A stretch of DNA of 64,000 nt from Cenococcum geophilum (lineage: Eukaryota): assembly GCA_050273025.1 (NCBI GenBank), contig CP158636.1, positions 5,208,001 to 5,272,000 of the forward strand, read 5' to 3'. The notes under the pieces were generated by a model. It was not told where the DNA came from and made no database searches. It was given only the letters and a program-made list of their open reading frames with translations. The position numbers were made by a program, and so were the translations under genes. Positions 1 to 14,971 of this stretch are shown here, piece by piece; positions within the stretch are counted from its first letter, which is position 1, and the number at the start of each line of letters is the position of its first letter.

Positions 1-878
1 TGAGATGGGTTAATGGTATAGAATCAGTCTTGAAAGGCTCATAAGATATTTCATTAGCAAGGCGCCAGCTATGATAGTCAAGCAAGACACCTCGGCCTAC
101 GATGCCCCTCTCGGACCAGACTGTGACTATTAGAAGGTTGGAGGACTAGAAGTAAAATAGCAGGTATACCGTGAATTCCGTTTACATTGGAGCAGGTTTT
201 GCCGTGAATGTCGTCCATAGTTACACCATTGTAAAACTTCGCTTCCTTCTGGTAGCTTTGCATGTGCATTAGCTGGGTATTCACTGTTGCGGAGAGAAAA
301 GGACAATTCAGATACCCAAAATGACGGAGGCCATCCCCTAGCAGTCATTAGAAAATAATGGAGGCTTAAGCGGGACGGATCACGGACATTGACTGCTACT
401 CTGCGTGTTGAACGTCCAGGTATCGTCATTTACGGTTCTGGGAGGCTTCGCGTAAACGTTTTTGTGGAATTCTTGGCGGCCAAAGAAGGGAATGTCACCC
501 TGTGCGTCCATAGGCCAGTTGAGAGAGATTCTTTTGGAGACATTAAAATCTCATACTTGAAATGGAGGGCTAATAAAGAGTTTGAGAGCGTAAGAAGCAC
601 GCCATAAAACTCTTTTTGTCGGCTGTATAGAAAAGCTACCAGGAATGGAAACCTTGAGATCATTTAATACCTTGTGCCGGTCTTGATTTCTTTGGCCGCT
701 TCTAGCACGACTTCATCCGTGAGACGGTTCAAGAAGCCCAATTGGTCGTATTTACCATATCTAAGTGCATCAGCATACAGAGTAGCCACAGCCAGCAAGC
801 AGCTTACAGTCCCCATGCTGAACGAAAGGGATCTCCCTCGTTCAGCGGCAGGTCAGAGTATTTTGGAAGATCAAACAT
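1..878 (-). CDS. Putative cyclase / kynurenine-formamidase-like protein, multi-exon, 3' end beyond the window edge
   Basis: Spliced reading: MFDLPKYSDLPLNEGDPFRSAWGL / YGKYDQLGFLNRLTDEVVLEAAKEIKTG / ISLNWPMDAQ...VNDDTWTFNTQSSSQ / WDGLRHFG / YQKEAKFYNG...NGIH / WSERGIVGRGVLLDY. These are typical fungal cyclase-family motifs, joined by GT-AG introns. Confidence 0.85.
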
Positions 879-1080
879 TCTGAAAAGAATATTTCTCAAT
901 AGTCGTACCTAGTAGATAAAGTGTGCAAGGAGTCATGGTGGCGGAGAGGTTTATATAACGATTCGAACAGAGACGAAGTGAGGGGTCGGGGTATGGTTAC
1001 TTCATAAGAGGGTCTCGGCGACGGTAGATTTCCGCGCGAAGCTCTCCTCTCAATAATTCAATGAGCTCTCTTCGAGCCCT

Positions 1081-2765
1081 ATGTCTCTCTTGCGTCAAGC
1101 ACAAAAATTTATAGCTAACCAGACAGCTCGCAAGAACTTCAATGCTTTTATCTCTCTAGCCGAGAAGTCTGCGCTTCTCCGCACTATTGAAGATGCAGAG
1201 GCTAAACATGGTGGAGGTACAAAAATCTTACATCCCCATCCAGCTATTTATCGCGGCTCAAATGGCCTTGAATCAACTGACGATGCATCAGGTCCAATCA
1301 ATGGCAAACTTATAGCCGTTAAAGATAACATCTGTACCTCCGACCTCCCTACGACTGCTGCATCTAGTATCCTAAAATCCTTCACCAGCCCTTACGATGC
1401 CACCGTTATCAAGCAGCTCCGTGACGCCGGCAGTATCGTTGTTGGCAAGACGAATTTAGACGAGTTTGGGATGGGATCACACTCGACACATTCATTCTTT
1501 GGCCCAGTTCAGCAGAGTGGAGACAATGGCCGTGCATTAACCGCGGGAGGGAGCTCTGGAGGGAGTGCTGTGGCTGTAGCTACCGAACAGAGTTGGGCGT
1601 ACGTTTGGAACCGATCATGCCATAGTTATTGACATCTCATCAAGCATAGGGCTCTTGGAACAGATACTGGTGGCTCAGTCAGGCTACCGGCAGCATATAC
1701 CGGCATTGTGGGATATAAGCCGTCGTACGGACTGATATCAAGATGGGGAGTGATTGCATATGCTAATTCACTCGATACCGTCGGGATACTTGCTCGAGAT
1801 TCGCAATCTGCGCGGAAGTTGTTTAGTAGGTACCCACACTAGGAACGCCATTTATATCTCAGTGAATCAGCATTATTAACCAAAGCGTAGACGCAATAAA
1901 TAGTTATGACCCGAAGGATCCCACCAGCCTCCCACCAAGCACACGCTCTCAAATCGCTGAACTTCTGTCTAAAAATAACCGCAAGACGCCCCTCCGCATC
2001 GGCGTTCCTCTCGAATATAATATCGAGGAGCTCCAGCCTATTGTCCGCCAAGCCTGGATTAGAATCGTGAACCTTCTTACTCAACTTGGGCACACCGTTC
2101 ACCCCGTGTCTCTCCCAACAACCAAACACGCACTCTCCGCATATTATGTCCTCGCTCCCGCCGAGGCTTCATCCAATCTCGCCAAATACGATGGCATACG
2201 GTTCGGGAGTCGATCTGCAGGAGCTGACGGCTCTCCAGAGACCAACAGCGTTCTCTTTGCCAAGACTCGGGGACAAAACTTTGGCGGTGAGGTTAAGAGA
2301 CGGATTCTGCTAGGCGCATATACGCTCAGCGCTGAAGCAATCGACAATTACTTTATCCAGGCACAGAAAGTTCGACGCCTTGTGCAACGGGATTTCAATA
2401 GCGTGTTTAGCTTCCCGAACCCACTGCTCGACCCAAAACCGGGCCCAGCGCCCCATGATACCATTCCTGACGTGATCGAGAGTGTAAAGGTGGATGTTCT
2501 TGTCTGCCCTACGGCTCCCACTCTCCCACCGACGCTAGAATTTCTTGATAGACAGGCTCCCGTAGACGCGTACATGAACGACGTCTTTACGGTGCCAGCC
2601 AGTCTAGCAGGACTTCCAGCTATAAGTGTACCTGTGAGTAGCAGCCTTGATCGAGCTTCTAAGGTCTTGAATGGAGAAGCGGTGGGGATTCAGGTCATAG
2701 CACAATATGGTGATGATGAACTCGTGCTCGAGGTTGCGAAGATGGTCGAAGAGCTTAGCCAATAG
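1081..2765 (+). CDS. HER2: Glutamyl-tRNA(Gln) amidotransferase subunit A, mitochondrial (amidase family)
   Basis: [87 protein letters not shown]. Introns at about 1218-1291, 1599-1649 and 1827-1890. Confidence 0.93.
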
Positions 2766-3026
2766 TTTCTTTATATATACTCCCACTGTAACTAAAGAGT
2801 TATAAATGCATTCTATGCAATAGCCTGCTGACCAAATTTTCGCATTCGCGGCAAATAGAGGAATTCAAATTGGTGCAATTCTCCATTAAAATGCTCGCTC
2901 ATCTCTTTTTAGATCACGCATGATCTACGTTCCAAACACCAAAAGAATTCCAAGCTAAGCAATGCGTTGTCCTCGAGAAGTCATAATCGCGTCTAAAAAT
3001 CATCCAATAGCACAAGCTGCTCGTCC

Positions 3027-5484
3027 TTATAGCTCTTTCTTGCCGTTGGTTCTGTTCTCAACTGTTGCTTTCTCGATTAGCCCTTTGCCAACCTGCACTG
3101 TCTCCTTCCATCCACTCTGGTGCGCCCAAAATCTATTTTCAACAGTGCTAGTTGTCAAACTCGCCTTCCTCGCATCCTCTCCTAAGCTCGCGCGGTCAAC
3201 CTTTCCGCCCGCCTCCGTCATTTTGGGAATTTTCCTCAGATCACTCAGATTCTCCTCGAAGTACTGCTTCCTCACAAGGAACCGCTCACGACGCTCTTTT
3301 TGCCGGCCGGGAGAATCAAGCTTCGAGATCGCGAGACGTATTGACCAGCGGAGAAAGAGGAATACGTGCTCCGAGAAGAATATGGTGAGGAGCAATGCCC
3401 AGCCTTTAATCGTAGAAGGATTGCCATCTGGACCCAAGCCATCGTTACTGAAGAGGTAGACGAGCGCTGCAGTCGTAATACTGCCAAGCCATGTCAGGAA
3501 GCTGAGGCTATCGAGCCAGGGGCCAATTGTGTCCGCCCGCCAAGGAGTTGGACGCTGCATCTCGATGCAGATTTTGATTGCGTCGGCGCGGAGCTCAACC
3601 CAGTCATTCACAAGGAATGAAACAGCAGTGAGGGGCCAGATAACGCTGAAGAGGGATAAGTACCCGAACTGGACAAATTTTATTAGTATTGAACTAGATA
3701 GAGCTCCAAGATGACGGACTCACCTGAAGGACCATTTCTCGAAGGTCAGTTGTCACATCGTACACATCCAATTCGGCTTCGTCGCGGACTCGGGCCAAGA
3801 ACGAGGCTTCTTCTGGTAGATCATTGGCCGACGCATCAGGAGCAGTACCGCCGCGTTTGGCAGCTCTATCACTCTGAAATTGCTTATACTTTGAAAACCC
3901 TCGACGCTTCAAGTAGGGCACAATAACTTCCATGCCTAAATTTACTATTTGAGCAGTCACTGTAAAGTATATTACTTGCTTTCGGAGCCGTGCCGGATTG
4001 ATCGAGAAACCAGTCTGAGGAGCCTGCATCTGTTTTTCATTTTCTGCAAACGGCCTGACCGTGAGGCTGAATATGTCCAAATATGGAACGATTAGACTGC
4101 CAAAAGGCACATATACGAAGGCAGTAAGGAGGATAGGTAGATAGGATGTGATAAAATTCAGAACGAAGATTTTTTGCGTCAAAGCCGTTTCATACGCTCC
4201 GTGGGTTTCGTAGTTCTCAAACTTGGTCAACTCAGTAGCAAAGTTGGTAAAAATTGACGAGAGGACCGGCATGACGATAGTCAGTATGCCAGTTGGGAGG
4301 AATACCTGTTCAAAAATTAGGCTGAACTCACGCAAAGACTAGCATACTTACCAAGACACTCTTGAAGGGACCATCGTAGACCTCGGAGATAAAAATCTCA
4401 ATACCAAAACAAGTAGCAATCAGACTTCCGAGAACACAAGCCGCTCCGAGAGCAAATGGGACTTGCAACAACTGTCGCTGCAACCTCTTCGTTGCGGGGA
4501 ATATCTGAACTCTTTCCCCAGTGACAGGATCTATGATTTCTTTCTCATGTTGGAAATCTTTTCTTTTAGTGTCGATGCGGGATACGCCTCTAACACCCCA
4601 ACGAACTCCCAAGTCGACCTCCTGATGCTTCCAGTATTCCGTAAAGACTGCGCACCATAGCGCATTAATTATAGCGTATACTGGAGAGAAATGGCCGAGC
4701 AACATCCAAGAAGAGAACCCAAATACCGCCGGGAATATGAGGAAGGTAAAGTATGACTGCGTAAAGGCGAAATAGAATGCAATCTGCGCGATTTTAGCGA
4801 TTGTGAAAGCCCTGAAGTTTCAAAGGTGCTCGTTACTTTCTCGCCCAATCGGTTCCGGATGTCATCTAGATCCTCTGCCTTTAGGAAGTACGATGTACTC
4901 CACTTTTTGATCCAATCCTTATTGTACGCATGATCATGGAGAGCAAAGACTGATTCTACATTCTTCCACTCGCCCTCTTTCGGTGTAATTCCCGCCCCTC
5001 CTTCTGAAACTGGGTTGGTTATGAGCTGGTAGAGTATTCGAAGTCTCTCAGCTCCGTAAAGTGGCTCGGATTGTAAGGCTTCGCGGGTCTCCTTGGGCGG
5101 TGCTGCGGCTCTGACGCCGTAGATCCAGTCCCGAACTCTGTGCGGCTATTAGATACAGTGAGAAAAGAGCGTAGAATGGAGATATACCCACCTAGACCTG
5201 TAGACTTCCCCAAAAAGGTGCTCCTCTGAGGCGACTTTGACAAAGACCAGAACAGAGTGTTTGTCTCCATTCCTGACCTCTGTAGCCAAACCAACAGACG
5301 CTAGCGTTTGCACAAGCTGCTCAAATTTTGCAACAGCGGCAGCCTTGTCTTAATAAAGTCAGCTCAGCCTACTTCTACACTGTAGCTAAATTGGCATACC
5401 TGTAGTTGCAAATCTGTAGCTTATCACATAGTCGACGTCCATGTTCGTCTGTAGCACTTGGCTCTTAAGGCCAGAGGAAGCCAT
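3027..5484 (-). CDS. IST2: Anoctamin/TMEM16-family scramblase-channel (Ist2-like), multi-exon
   Basis: Exon peptides VFALHDH..NKDWIKKWS, EYWKHQEVDLGVRWGV, LTKFENYET, KIFVLNFITSY, YDVTTDLREMVLQ, NDWVELRADAIKIC, RPTPWRADTIGPWL. ATG at 5484. Confidence 0.9.
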
Positions 5485-5969
5485 AGCAATAGCTATCTCT
5501 CAATGAGGCATCAATGCAGCACTTTGAAAGGGCCTATTCAAGATTACAGAAAGAGAGAATATGGGCAATTGAGGGGTTCCGAAGTTGGAAGTTGGTCGCT
5601 GCTCCTGGCAACCCACGTCATCGGACTAAGCGAATTGATCGCTGCCAGGTAAGTTAGCGGTTAGATGAGTAGAACTTCCCGTTCCTACGTATACCCAACC
5701 AGTGCCCCAGTCTATCTACTCCATCCCTTTATTAAGTAAAAAAGGGGTCAATACTCGTAGTTCTATAATAAGATTCCGATTAATTTTCTAAAAGCCAAAA
5801 AAAAAAATTTATACCTAAAAACTCTAAGATTTGGATACAGCGTTAATTAACTACAACTAGGAACTTAGAATATTACAGTATTGATATTGTCACGACTGCT
5901 ATGTGTATCCAGCTGTTCGACCGTCTTCTCGAGTAATGTACCTTTTGGCCCTGGAGCCCCGCCCATCTC

Positions 5970-6664
5970 TTATCTCTCGCACCCGTCCAGCAGCTCGCCT
6001 TCGAATCCCAATCCCGTCAACGGTACGCCCATGCCAAAATATCTCAACTACTAGCCATTAGTACTTCGTGCCTTAGAGTTGAATGTTGTGACGTACACGA
6101 GAGAAAATGACAGCAATAAGCCGATTGAGGTTTGCCCATCGTGGATCCGCGTTAAGGAATTCCACACGCAGCTCTTTGAGACCTTGACGCTGACACCACG
6201 TATCGCTCAGCATCTCGAGGTATGGCATCCAAGCCTTTTCCCCATTGACGCTGAAATCAAGCTTCAATACAACCCACTCGACCCTCTGTAGAACACTTTG
6301 GCTGATGAACTCGGTAATATCAAAGAGCCTACCAGTAGCCGTACGATCTGGCGAGGGCGAATCTAGTACAAGAGTCTTCCTATACAATAAATCTAGAGCG
6401 TCCCTGCTGATCAACCCATTGACCAGGAGGATTGAAGGCGGAGCAAGACGCACACCACGACGTTTACGCCATTGGCCTCGGAGGACGTCGTTGGAGAACC
6501 TGTCTTCTTGTCTTCTTGTCACATTTTCTCATCTCTTCGAATGCAGGTTTGAGATCCGGGAAGTCCAGGATGTTATGGTAGATTTGGTCGCGGATCTCTG
6601 CAGGAAGAGCAAGAAACGGCGAGGGACTCTTTGGTGGCTGGTGATTGTGGGTCGCGCACGTCAT
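5970..6664 (-). pseudogene. F-box-like (FLALPAEIRDQIY) hypothetical protein with an apparent frameshift
   Basis: The N-terminal FLxLPxEIRxQIY motif (6664-6464) and the downstream PSILLVNGLISRDALDLLY part (6522-6073) are in different frames with no intron between them. A likely last intron leads to TAA at 5970-5972. Confidence 0.55.
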
Positions 6665-8279
6665 GGTCCTGATGAAGAAGGCTGAACGCTATAGAAATTG
6701 AAGCAGCCCCGGGTCACACGTTCAGACAGCAAGAAGGATGCGGCGTAGAAGTGCGGCATGCCAGTGGGGCATGGGAGCGTGGTGTGGGAGTGAAAACGGG
6801 TCCGCCAGGGAGACGCGTGAGTGTTTGCTCGCATGGTGGGAGTTCGAGCTATACAAACTGGGGGAACACGTATGATACCTAGCTTCTTGATTCCATTCCA
6901 TTTCAGTCGATGCCATGCTTACACACTTTTTGGGATTCACAGTGCGAAACCTTCAGAAGCTCCTGCATAGATGTCGACTTCATCCAAAACCGTCCGGAAG
7001 CGTAGCAGGATTGGTGGAACCTTCGGCCTACGCGTAAATCACCACTTTTGTAGTTAAAGTAAGGGCGCTATAAGTTTCTCACGTTGTACAAGGTTTTCAC
7101 ACGCTTTTAAGGCAGGTATATGTGTTGGAGAAAGTGAGGCTGGGCGTTTCGGTTTGTTGTCCGTTTGTAGTACGGTACATGAACTCGTGGTCGAGTAATA
7201 ATTATCATCTACCGCGCACGATGTCGCAGTACCTCTCATGAAGAATGTTATATGTGATTAGGAATTCTGACCATTTACGGTCTAAGTCTCAATCTTGTAC
7301 ATGCGGCAGTACTAGTGAGAGTCGGTCGGGTTATTCGTGGTGGTTTGAGCCTCTCCCACAAATGTGCCAGTCAAGCCCTTCAGATAGAGAACGTGGTTGA
7401 GACCAAGAGCCATTAAATTACTCCACGATCGCCATCACCAACAGGATTCATCTAGCGCACAGCCAACGACGTGAACTGCTCCCTTCCATCGAGACCACCG
7501 CAGGCTCGATAACAAGCTTACAAAATACTAAACCTAAAAAAACCATCCGCAAGATCTGGAAGCTACGTGGTTGGTAAAATCTCCATCTGTTGCGTCTTTG
7601 GAGATAATTCCTCTTCAGAGGCACGCATAAAGCGAACGCAATGACGAGAAAAGTGCTCGCAACTGCCTCCGCAGCGAGATAGGCTATTGCCGAAACCGGT
7701 AGCTGTAATTTCGTCCTGACGAAATATTCCAAAGACAAAGTCTAGACTGTTAAATAGTAACTCGGCTATGACTCTGTGCACGATGGTCAGCTAGCAATGC
7801 CATCCTAGCAATTCTGCACGTCAAAAGCGTCGAGAAAGAAAAGAAAACAATCCATGGAATCATGAAAGGCTAATATACACGTAATTAGACTCATATATGA
7901 GCCTGCTATTCATTCCTCAGGAGACATGTAATCATGAAGCCTTACAAATAGCCATACGCAAGTTGGGCTAAAGTCTGATAATCCTCGTGCGAGAGGCTCT
8001 CAGGAACCACCAGAACCCCAGGATGTGTACGCTTGAAATGCTGCGCCCTGATCATATTGCTAGAAGGTCGATACCGGAGCGAATGCCGCCCAGCTTGCAA
8101 CTTCGCAATCATTCCCTTCTCCTGTTGCAGTTGCTTCAGGTCTGCTAAATCCTCATCGTAATTCATATTAGGGTCGATCTCGGACAGGGCTTGTCTCTTT
8201 GTTGGCTCAATCGCACCACGGCAATTGTCAACACATACTAAAGACAACTTCATTCTTACAAGCCTGCAGCATTCCTAAC

Positions 8280-10724
8280 CTACTTCCGATGGAGTGTGTG
8301 CAGGTGGTAGCGCTGGCGTTGGAAAGATGAGTAGTTGCCCGCAAATATAGTCTCTAAGATACTGGCATTCCTGGTACGTTCAGTTTGCAGCTTAGCCATG
8401 CGTTGTTGGAGCATCTTGTATGATTCGGAAAACAACTTGAATACGAGTTCTACTTGGTGAGAGCCTCGCGATATATCGTTGGTTTGTGCATTCGGATCGA
8501 TGATGGAAAGGCGGTTAGGCTTCTCCCGTGCATTGCCGCCTAGACTGTAGGGTCCCTAAATATTTATTAGCTTCGAATTAGAAACGATAGCGCTAGACTA
8601 CCTTCGGAACAAAGCCAGCTGGATCCATGCAGATTCTCGTAGTCGTGAGGTTGAACTTATTTCCGTACAAGTCCAAGAAATTCATGAAAAGATCTCCCAG
8701 GTTATGTGCTGGATCCATATTTTTACTTTGTACAGCAGGCATTTGTTGAATCATACTAACAACCAAGCAGGTCACTGAGAAACCCCCGAGACCGCCAGAG
8801 ACCACTTCATTCAGCCCACGCATAAGAAGAAAGTGCTTGACGAGTGTGACAAGGGTAGGCATCACCGGATAGCGAGTCTTCCAGGCTTGGAAAGTCTTGT
8901 TGGTGGTTAAGCCATCCAGCTTTTCGAAAGACATGTCGACTTTCAGACCGGTTATACGGTCAACAAATTTGATGATAGGTACCTTAGCTCCTAAGATGAA
9001 TTCCATTGAATCATATTGGGTGATGCCACTCTTCCTAAGGACCTCTCCGATTTTTCTAATATCTTTTCGACTTTGCCCAAACACCTTTACGCCACCAGAA
9101 TGGTAACTATTGGAGACGAAGACAAGGTCAAGGTCTGCGGTCGGTAAATATAGCCCGGCAGCAAATGATCCAAAACAATGCACCTGGCCATTTGGATATT
9201 TAGATGTAAGACACTTAGAAACGCGGGTGATTAGTTCACTGCGAAGAGAGTGTTCATAGTCGTGAGGTTTAACAAATTCGTAGAAATCGCAGATCTCCTT
9301 ATGAAGCCTAAACAAGAATTGGTTAGTGACAAAGCACTCTCGATATCTACAAGCAAAAAGCCCTACTATTTGACTTACCAGTAGCCCATTTTTTCGGTAC
9401 GAGAGTGGTCTACAGTGCACCACGGTGTAGCTGTCTTGCGATCTTCGGGTAACCACTCTTGTACAATTCTCCCATCGATTCGTTCGCGTTTGCGCTTAGT
9501 ACCCTGCTGCTGTGGGCGTGGTGGGAAGCTAGCATCATAAGGGCTCTTCTGGTAAGTATCTACTGTAGCTCGAATATCAGGTGGTGGCCACATGTCAACC
9601 GCTTCAGTTAAGCTGATTTGATTGGGTAAGCCGGTGAGAGAAGCATTTGTGGGAGGTGGAGGCGGAGGGGTCTTTGGAGGCGGAGGAACCGGATTGCCTA
9701 TGTCCGACGGCGGCGGACCTAGCGAAGATGGGTTCGCAGAGGGTACAGTAGCGCCGGGAGCGCGAGAAGAGCGCTCTGGATGGAGGTGATTACGATGGCT
9801 GAAGTGTGCAGGGCCTGTAGGGGTGTTTCTAGGGAGGGCAAGCTCATCGTCACTTGACAACTCAATTGCTTCATCACCAAAGTTGAAGGAGATGAAATCA
9901 TCATTGTCAGCAACAGGATTGGTTGACGCTGCCTTTTCGGTGTGAATGACTTTAGCCTTTCGGATGAGTTGAACGACATCCTTTTTCTTCGCCTGAGTCT
10001 CATCCGGAGGTGGAAGCACAGTATACGGGTCTGGATTCGACCACTTCGGGGCAGAATCACCGTCTGTTTGGCGTTGCGCATACACACGAGTCTTTTTTCG
10101 GCTTAGAAATTCGTCATCTTCTGTTGGCGTGTCATCGTTAGTTTCCACAATGGCAATGGATTCTTCCGTTTCAGACTCCATTTCCATATCAGCTTCGCTC
10201 TCTGATACATCTTCTAGAGTAAGGAATCGGGTAGAGCCATCAGCCATGCCCTGCATTTGTTCAGGAGTCCTATCTCTGCGGGATTGAAGAAGTGGACGTT
10301 CATGTGGGGCTATGGGGCGAAAGTAACCACCTCGACCTCTTCTTTCATTGTAGCCTTGGCCGGCGTTTTGTCGCGAACGCTTATGAGGCCTGGTTGAATC
10401 TGCATTGGTTATAGCAAAGCGGGGACCTTCCTGGGTGGACCGAAATGTAAATTCGTCACGCCGGTCGCCACGACGTGGATAGGGGTTATCTATACGATCG
10501 TCTAAGTGGCGGTCATTGGACGGGTAATATGAATCGCGGATGCCATGATTCGGCCTGTAGCTATCGCCTTCCTTAAAGCGATAAATGGGAGGGGAGTTGC
10601 GAGGCCTTGGGGGAGGATCCCGTTCACGCGGCAGAGGTGGAGGAGCATCTCGATCTTTGTATCTAGAGGTCCTGGAAGGGTAAGACTTGCCACCATGGTG
10701 GCGAGGCCGATATGAATCAGACAT
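8280..10724 (-). CDS. TRF4: Non-canonical poly(A) RNA polymerase of the TRAMP complex (Trf4/Trf5/Cid14)
   Basis: Disordered N-terminus, then LHKEICDFYEFVKP, FGSFAAGLYLPTADLDLV, AKVPIIKFVD, KVDMSF, RGLNEVVSGGLGGFS. Last exon reads LSIIDPN...NDISRGS and ends at TAG 8280-8282. Two introns. Confidence 0.92.
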
Positions 10725-11312
10725 GATTGTTGAGAACTGACGTTAGTTGACGAAGGCGCACGGAAAAGAGACAAGATGAATTATCTCGATGTTGTATGGT
10801 ACACTCCTTCAGACTGTATGGTCTACAAAACGAACACGTTCACAACAAAGCGATCGTGTCGGAACTGCAACAAGAACTGAAACGAGGATAGGGAGGGAGG
10901 GGGAAAGAAAAGGCGCGAGAGGCGCGGATGGAGGTTGATGAAGGGAAAAGTGATGTCGCGGCTTCCCTTGGCGTTCGCTGGGAAAGTTCGTCAAAAAGGG
11001 TCTGTGCGTCAAGCCAATCGCAACCGAGATCTTCCCGCTCCGGCCGACTTCATTCTCTCAATACTCGCGATATAAGCTCATCTCGAGCGGGTATTAATGC
11101 AGATACCCTATCATGTGCCTATCTACTTTCACTTGCCAATACCATAGAATCAACTTTTCGACCAAAAAGGTTAGCGATATCCGCTTGCGGATATACGTAT
11201 GTCCGCTAATTGATTCTGTCTGAGCTTGCTGAGGTAATGAATTGAGTTCAGGGTAAGGCTGATTATCGCTCCTGACACGACTCACTCTCAATCAAGCTCT
11301 TCAAACTAAAAG

Positions 11313-11801
11313 ATGAACGATAAAAGCGTATGTAGTATTGCGTCTATGCGGTCTGCAGAAGACCTCCCGGCAACAACAGCTCTTTTTACCGCCTACGCAG
11401 AGTCCTTAGATATAGATCTTACTTTCCAGAACTTCCAATCCGAAATAGCTTCCATCCCTTGGAAACATGCCTATTCAAAATGTGAACTCCTGCTGGCTCG
11501 GAACAGTGAGGGATCCCTGCGGGTTACGTGGCTCTCTGCCATTTGATCCTTCTGGATGCTGTGAGATGAACAGACTCTATGTCACCCCAGAAGATCGAGG
11601 ACTCGGCCTTGGCAAAACGCTGGTTAATGCGATCGTTGATGTTGCGACGGCACCTGCGTATCGGGAGATTAGGTTGGACACACTGCCGTCCATGTAGAAA
11701 GCGGGGCACTTTATGAAAAGGCAGGATTTGTGGCAATTGAGTCTTATTATGAGACGCCTTTGGCCGGGACACATTTTCTGGCGAAGATCATCAAGAAGTA
11801 A
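11313..11801 (+). pseudogene. GNAT-family acetyltransferase pseudogene (intronless)
   Basis: LFTAYAESLDIDLTFQNFQSE (frame 1), CEMNRLYVTPEDRGLGLGKTLV...IRLDTLPSM* (frame 2), ALYEKAGFVAIESYYETPLAGTHFL (frame 3). Frameshifts near 11515-11550 and 11708, and an internal TAG at 11695. Confidence 0.8.
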
Positions 11802-12098
11802 AGAAGTGGGCATCGGAAAGCTCTACCGTCTGATTTTGATTTTGATTTCGGTACGCTGCGGTTCGTTTGGCAACAGGCGCTTTAGACCAATCTTCAGAAA
11901 TCTTCAGACAGTGCAAAGTAAACATCACATACACATTTGTTCTAGCGAGCATAGGATCTAGCTTATAACTGCATAGGTTTCCTAATATCTACGCTGTGTA
12001 CACTTCCATAATCCCTCCAACGGATAAAAATGTAGGCTTTTTATCGATATGCCAATGCATAGTCGGCCAAGCAGCATTCCGGGGTAAAAATTGACCCA

Positions 12099-12935
12099 TC
12101 ATCCCGGTAAGAAATGGCTGTAGTGTCCAGGAACCCTCGCCCTGCATTTATCGCAATCATCTCGATATCCCATAGAAAACTTCCTCTTATCAGTGATGGC
12201 GCCACTTCTTGCTCTTCCCTTCTTTGCCGTCGGACCGGCCGAACGCATCGTCTCATCCATCTCCATACCTTCCGTTCCGCGAACGCTCAAACGCGAGAGC
12301 TGACTCTCAGTCATGGTAGTACCGTCTGCTTCATCTTCACTAATAGGCGAGGGCATTCGACGATCCCTCTCGGGTTGCTTTCGACTAGTAGCTATTATTG
12401 CTACATCTTCAAGGTCCATGTTACTGACGTCGCTGGTCGACCGGGAAGGTAGTCTAGGATAAAAAGTTCCATGGATGGGTGTAGGAATGCGGCCTCCGCA
12501 GCTGGGCTCCTGAAACAGTTGGGCATTCAACCTTGCAGGGCGAAGGAAAGGGGCCAGTGGAGAATCAGGTGGCTGGGAGCAGGTGATATCGAGATCATCA
12601 TCTTCCATGTCGACGTCAGCTTGGCCGTCGGGGAAGTGCATTTCGTCGAAAAGCGGAGCAGGTGAATTGTTGCTGGAATGGTCCGAATGAGCGGGTGTCA
12701 TAGCATTCGGGAAGCCGAAGTTTCTGGGGGGTGTCTCAGAAGGACGTAGGGGAAGAATATGCGGTGATGCATACTGTTCAAGGTCCTGGAGAGAACGACT
12801 TCGCGATTTCTGTTCGAATAAGTCAACCGTCTTTTAGGCCGGACGAAGGACATTGCAGACCTTTTGGTATCTCTCGTCCCCTGAGTCGGAATCAGTATCA
12901 TCTCTCCGACGTTTGGTCGGCTGAACAGACAACAT
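12099..12935 (-). CDS. Conserved hypothetical protein, low-complexity, with C-terminal SMGYRDDCDKCRARVPGHYSHF motif
   Basis: Exon 1 MLSVQPTKRRRDD...YQK, then a GT-AG intron (about 12860-12810) splicing in frame into ORF 12099-12701. C-terminal CxxC...HxxH motif. Confidence 0.75.
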
Positions 12936-13223
12936 GATGGACGTCAATTGCGGAGGCGTGGTCAACACGCTGAGCGGAAAAATGAAGACATAGACTGAAG
13001 AGGAAGAGGACGGAGTGAACGACCCAGAAATGACATGACCGTAGACAGCGCTCAGGAGAAGATGCTAGTGAAGTGGTGTTTCAGAGGTGTGAGGGCGCGA
13101 AGAGCAGGAGTGACCAGGGGCAGTCGCGGGATGAGGCAGGAACGGAGGGCGGTCGCCGGGCGGTCGCCGGGCGGTGAGGAACGAAGTAAGCAAACACCCC
13201 ACCAACAAAAAAATTAAGTTAAA

Positions 13224-13230
13224 GAGTCAT
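13224..13230. promoter_or_regulatory. Candidate Gcn4/CpcA (cross-pathway control) element
   Basis: GAGTCAT (ATGACTC on the minus strand) about 220 bp upstream of the DAHP synthase ATG. DAHP synthases are established general amino acid control targets in fungi. A 7-mer can also occur by chance. Confidence 0.5.
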
Positions 13231-13251
13231 TCGTGTCATTGTTCCATCTAG

Positions 13252-14667
<1,416 letters not shown>

Positions 14668-14971
14668 AAGTTGGCATTTGGAGCCTGGGATTTGCATACC
14701 ATTCAGCATTTTGGGGATTTCCTTGGATATGAAAAAGGTGTTTGTGAATTGGATGTTAGACATTCATTGGTTGCTCTGATGCATTTACAAAGCCAACCGG
14801 CTATCTCTTCGCTTCAAGCTTCTTGTTGAGTCCTGAGATTTCCGATTTGGGCGTCTCGACCCTGTTGACTCGCGATATTGCGCGTGACGTTTGCTGCTTT
14901 GTCCTGTACCCGCTCTATAATGCATTCATAAGAGTAGAAGCCGTGATCTTACAAGTGGTTTGCTCTATAAT

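Noticed and set aside
930..936. Second GAGTCAT (Gcn4/CpcA-like) site in the cyclase/HER2 divergent promoter
   Set aside because: A single 7-mer with no independent support.
5700..5885. Short AT/TpA-rich patch upstream of IST2
   Set aside because: Possibly a TE scrap, but no TIR, LTR or TSD was found.
7448..8253. Minus-strand ORFs of 72-103 aa between the F-box-like gene and TRF4
   Set aside because: No family recognised and no convincing splice model. They may be a relic but cannot be supported.
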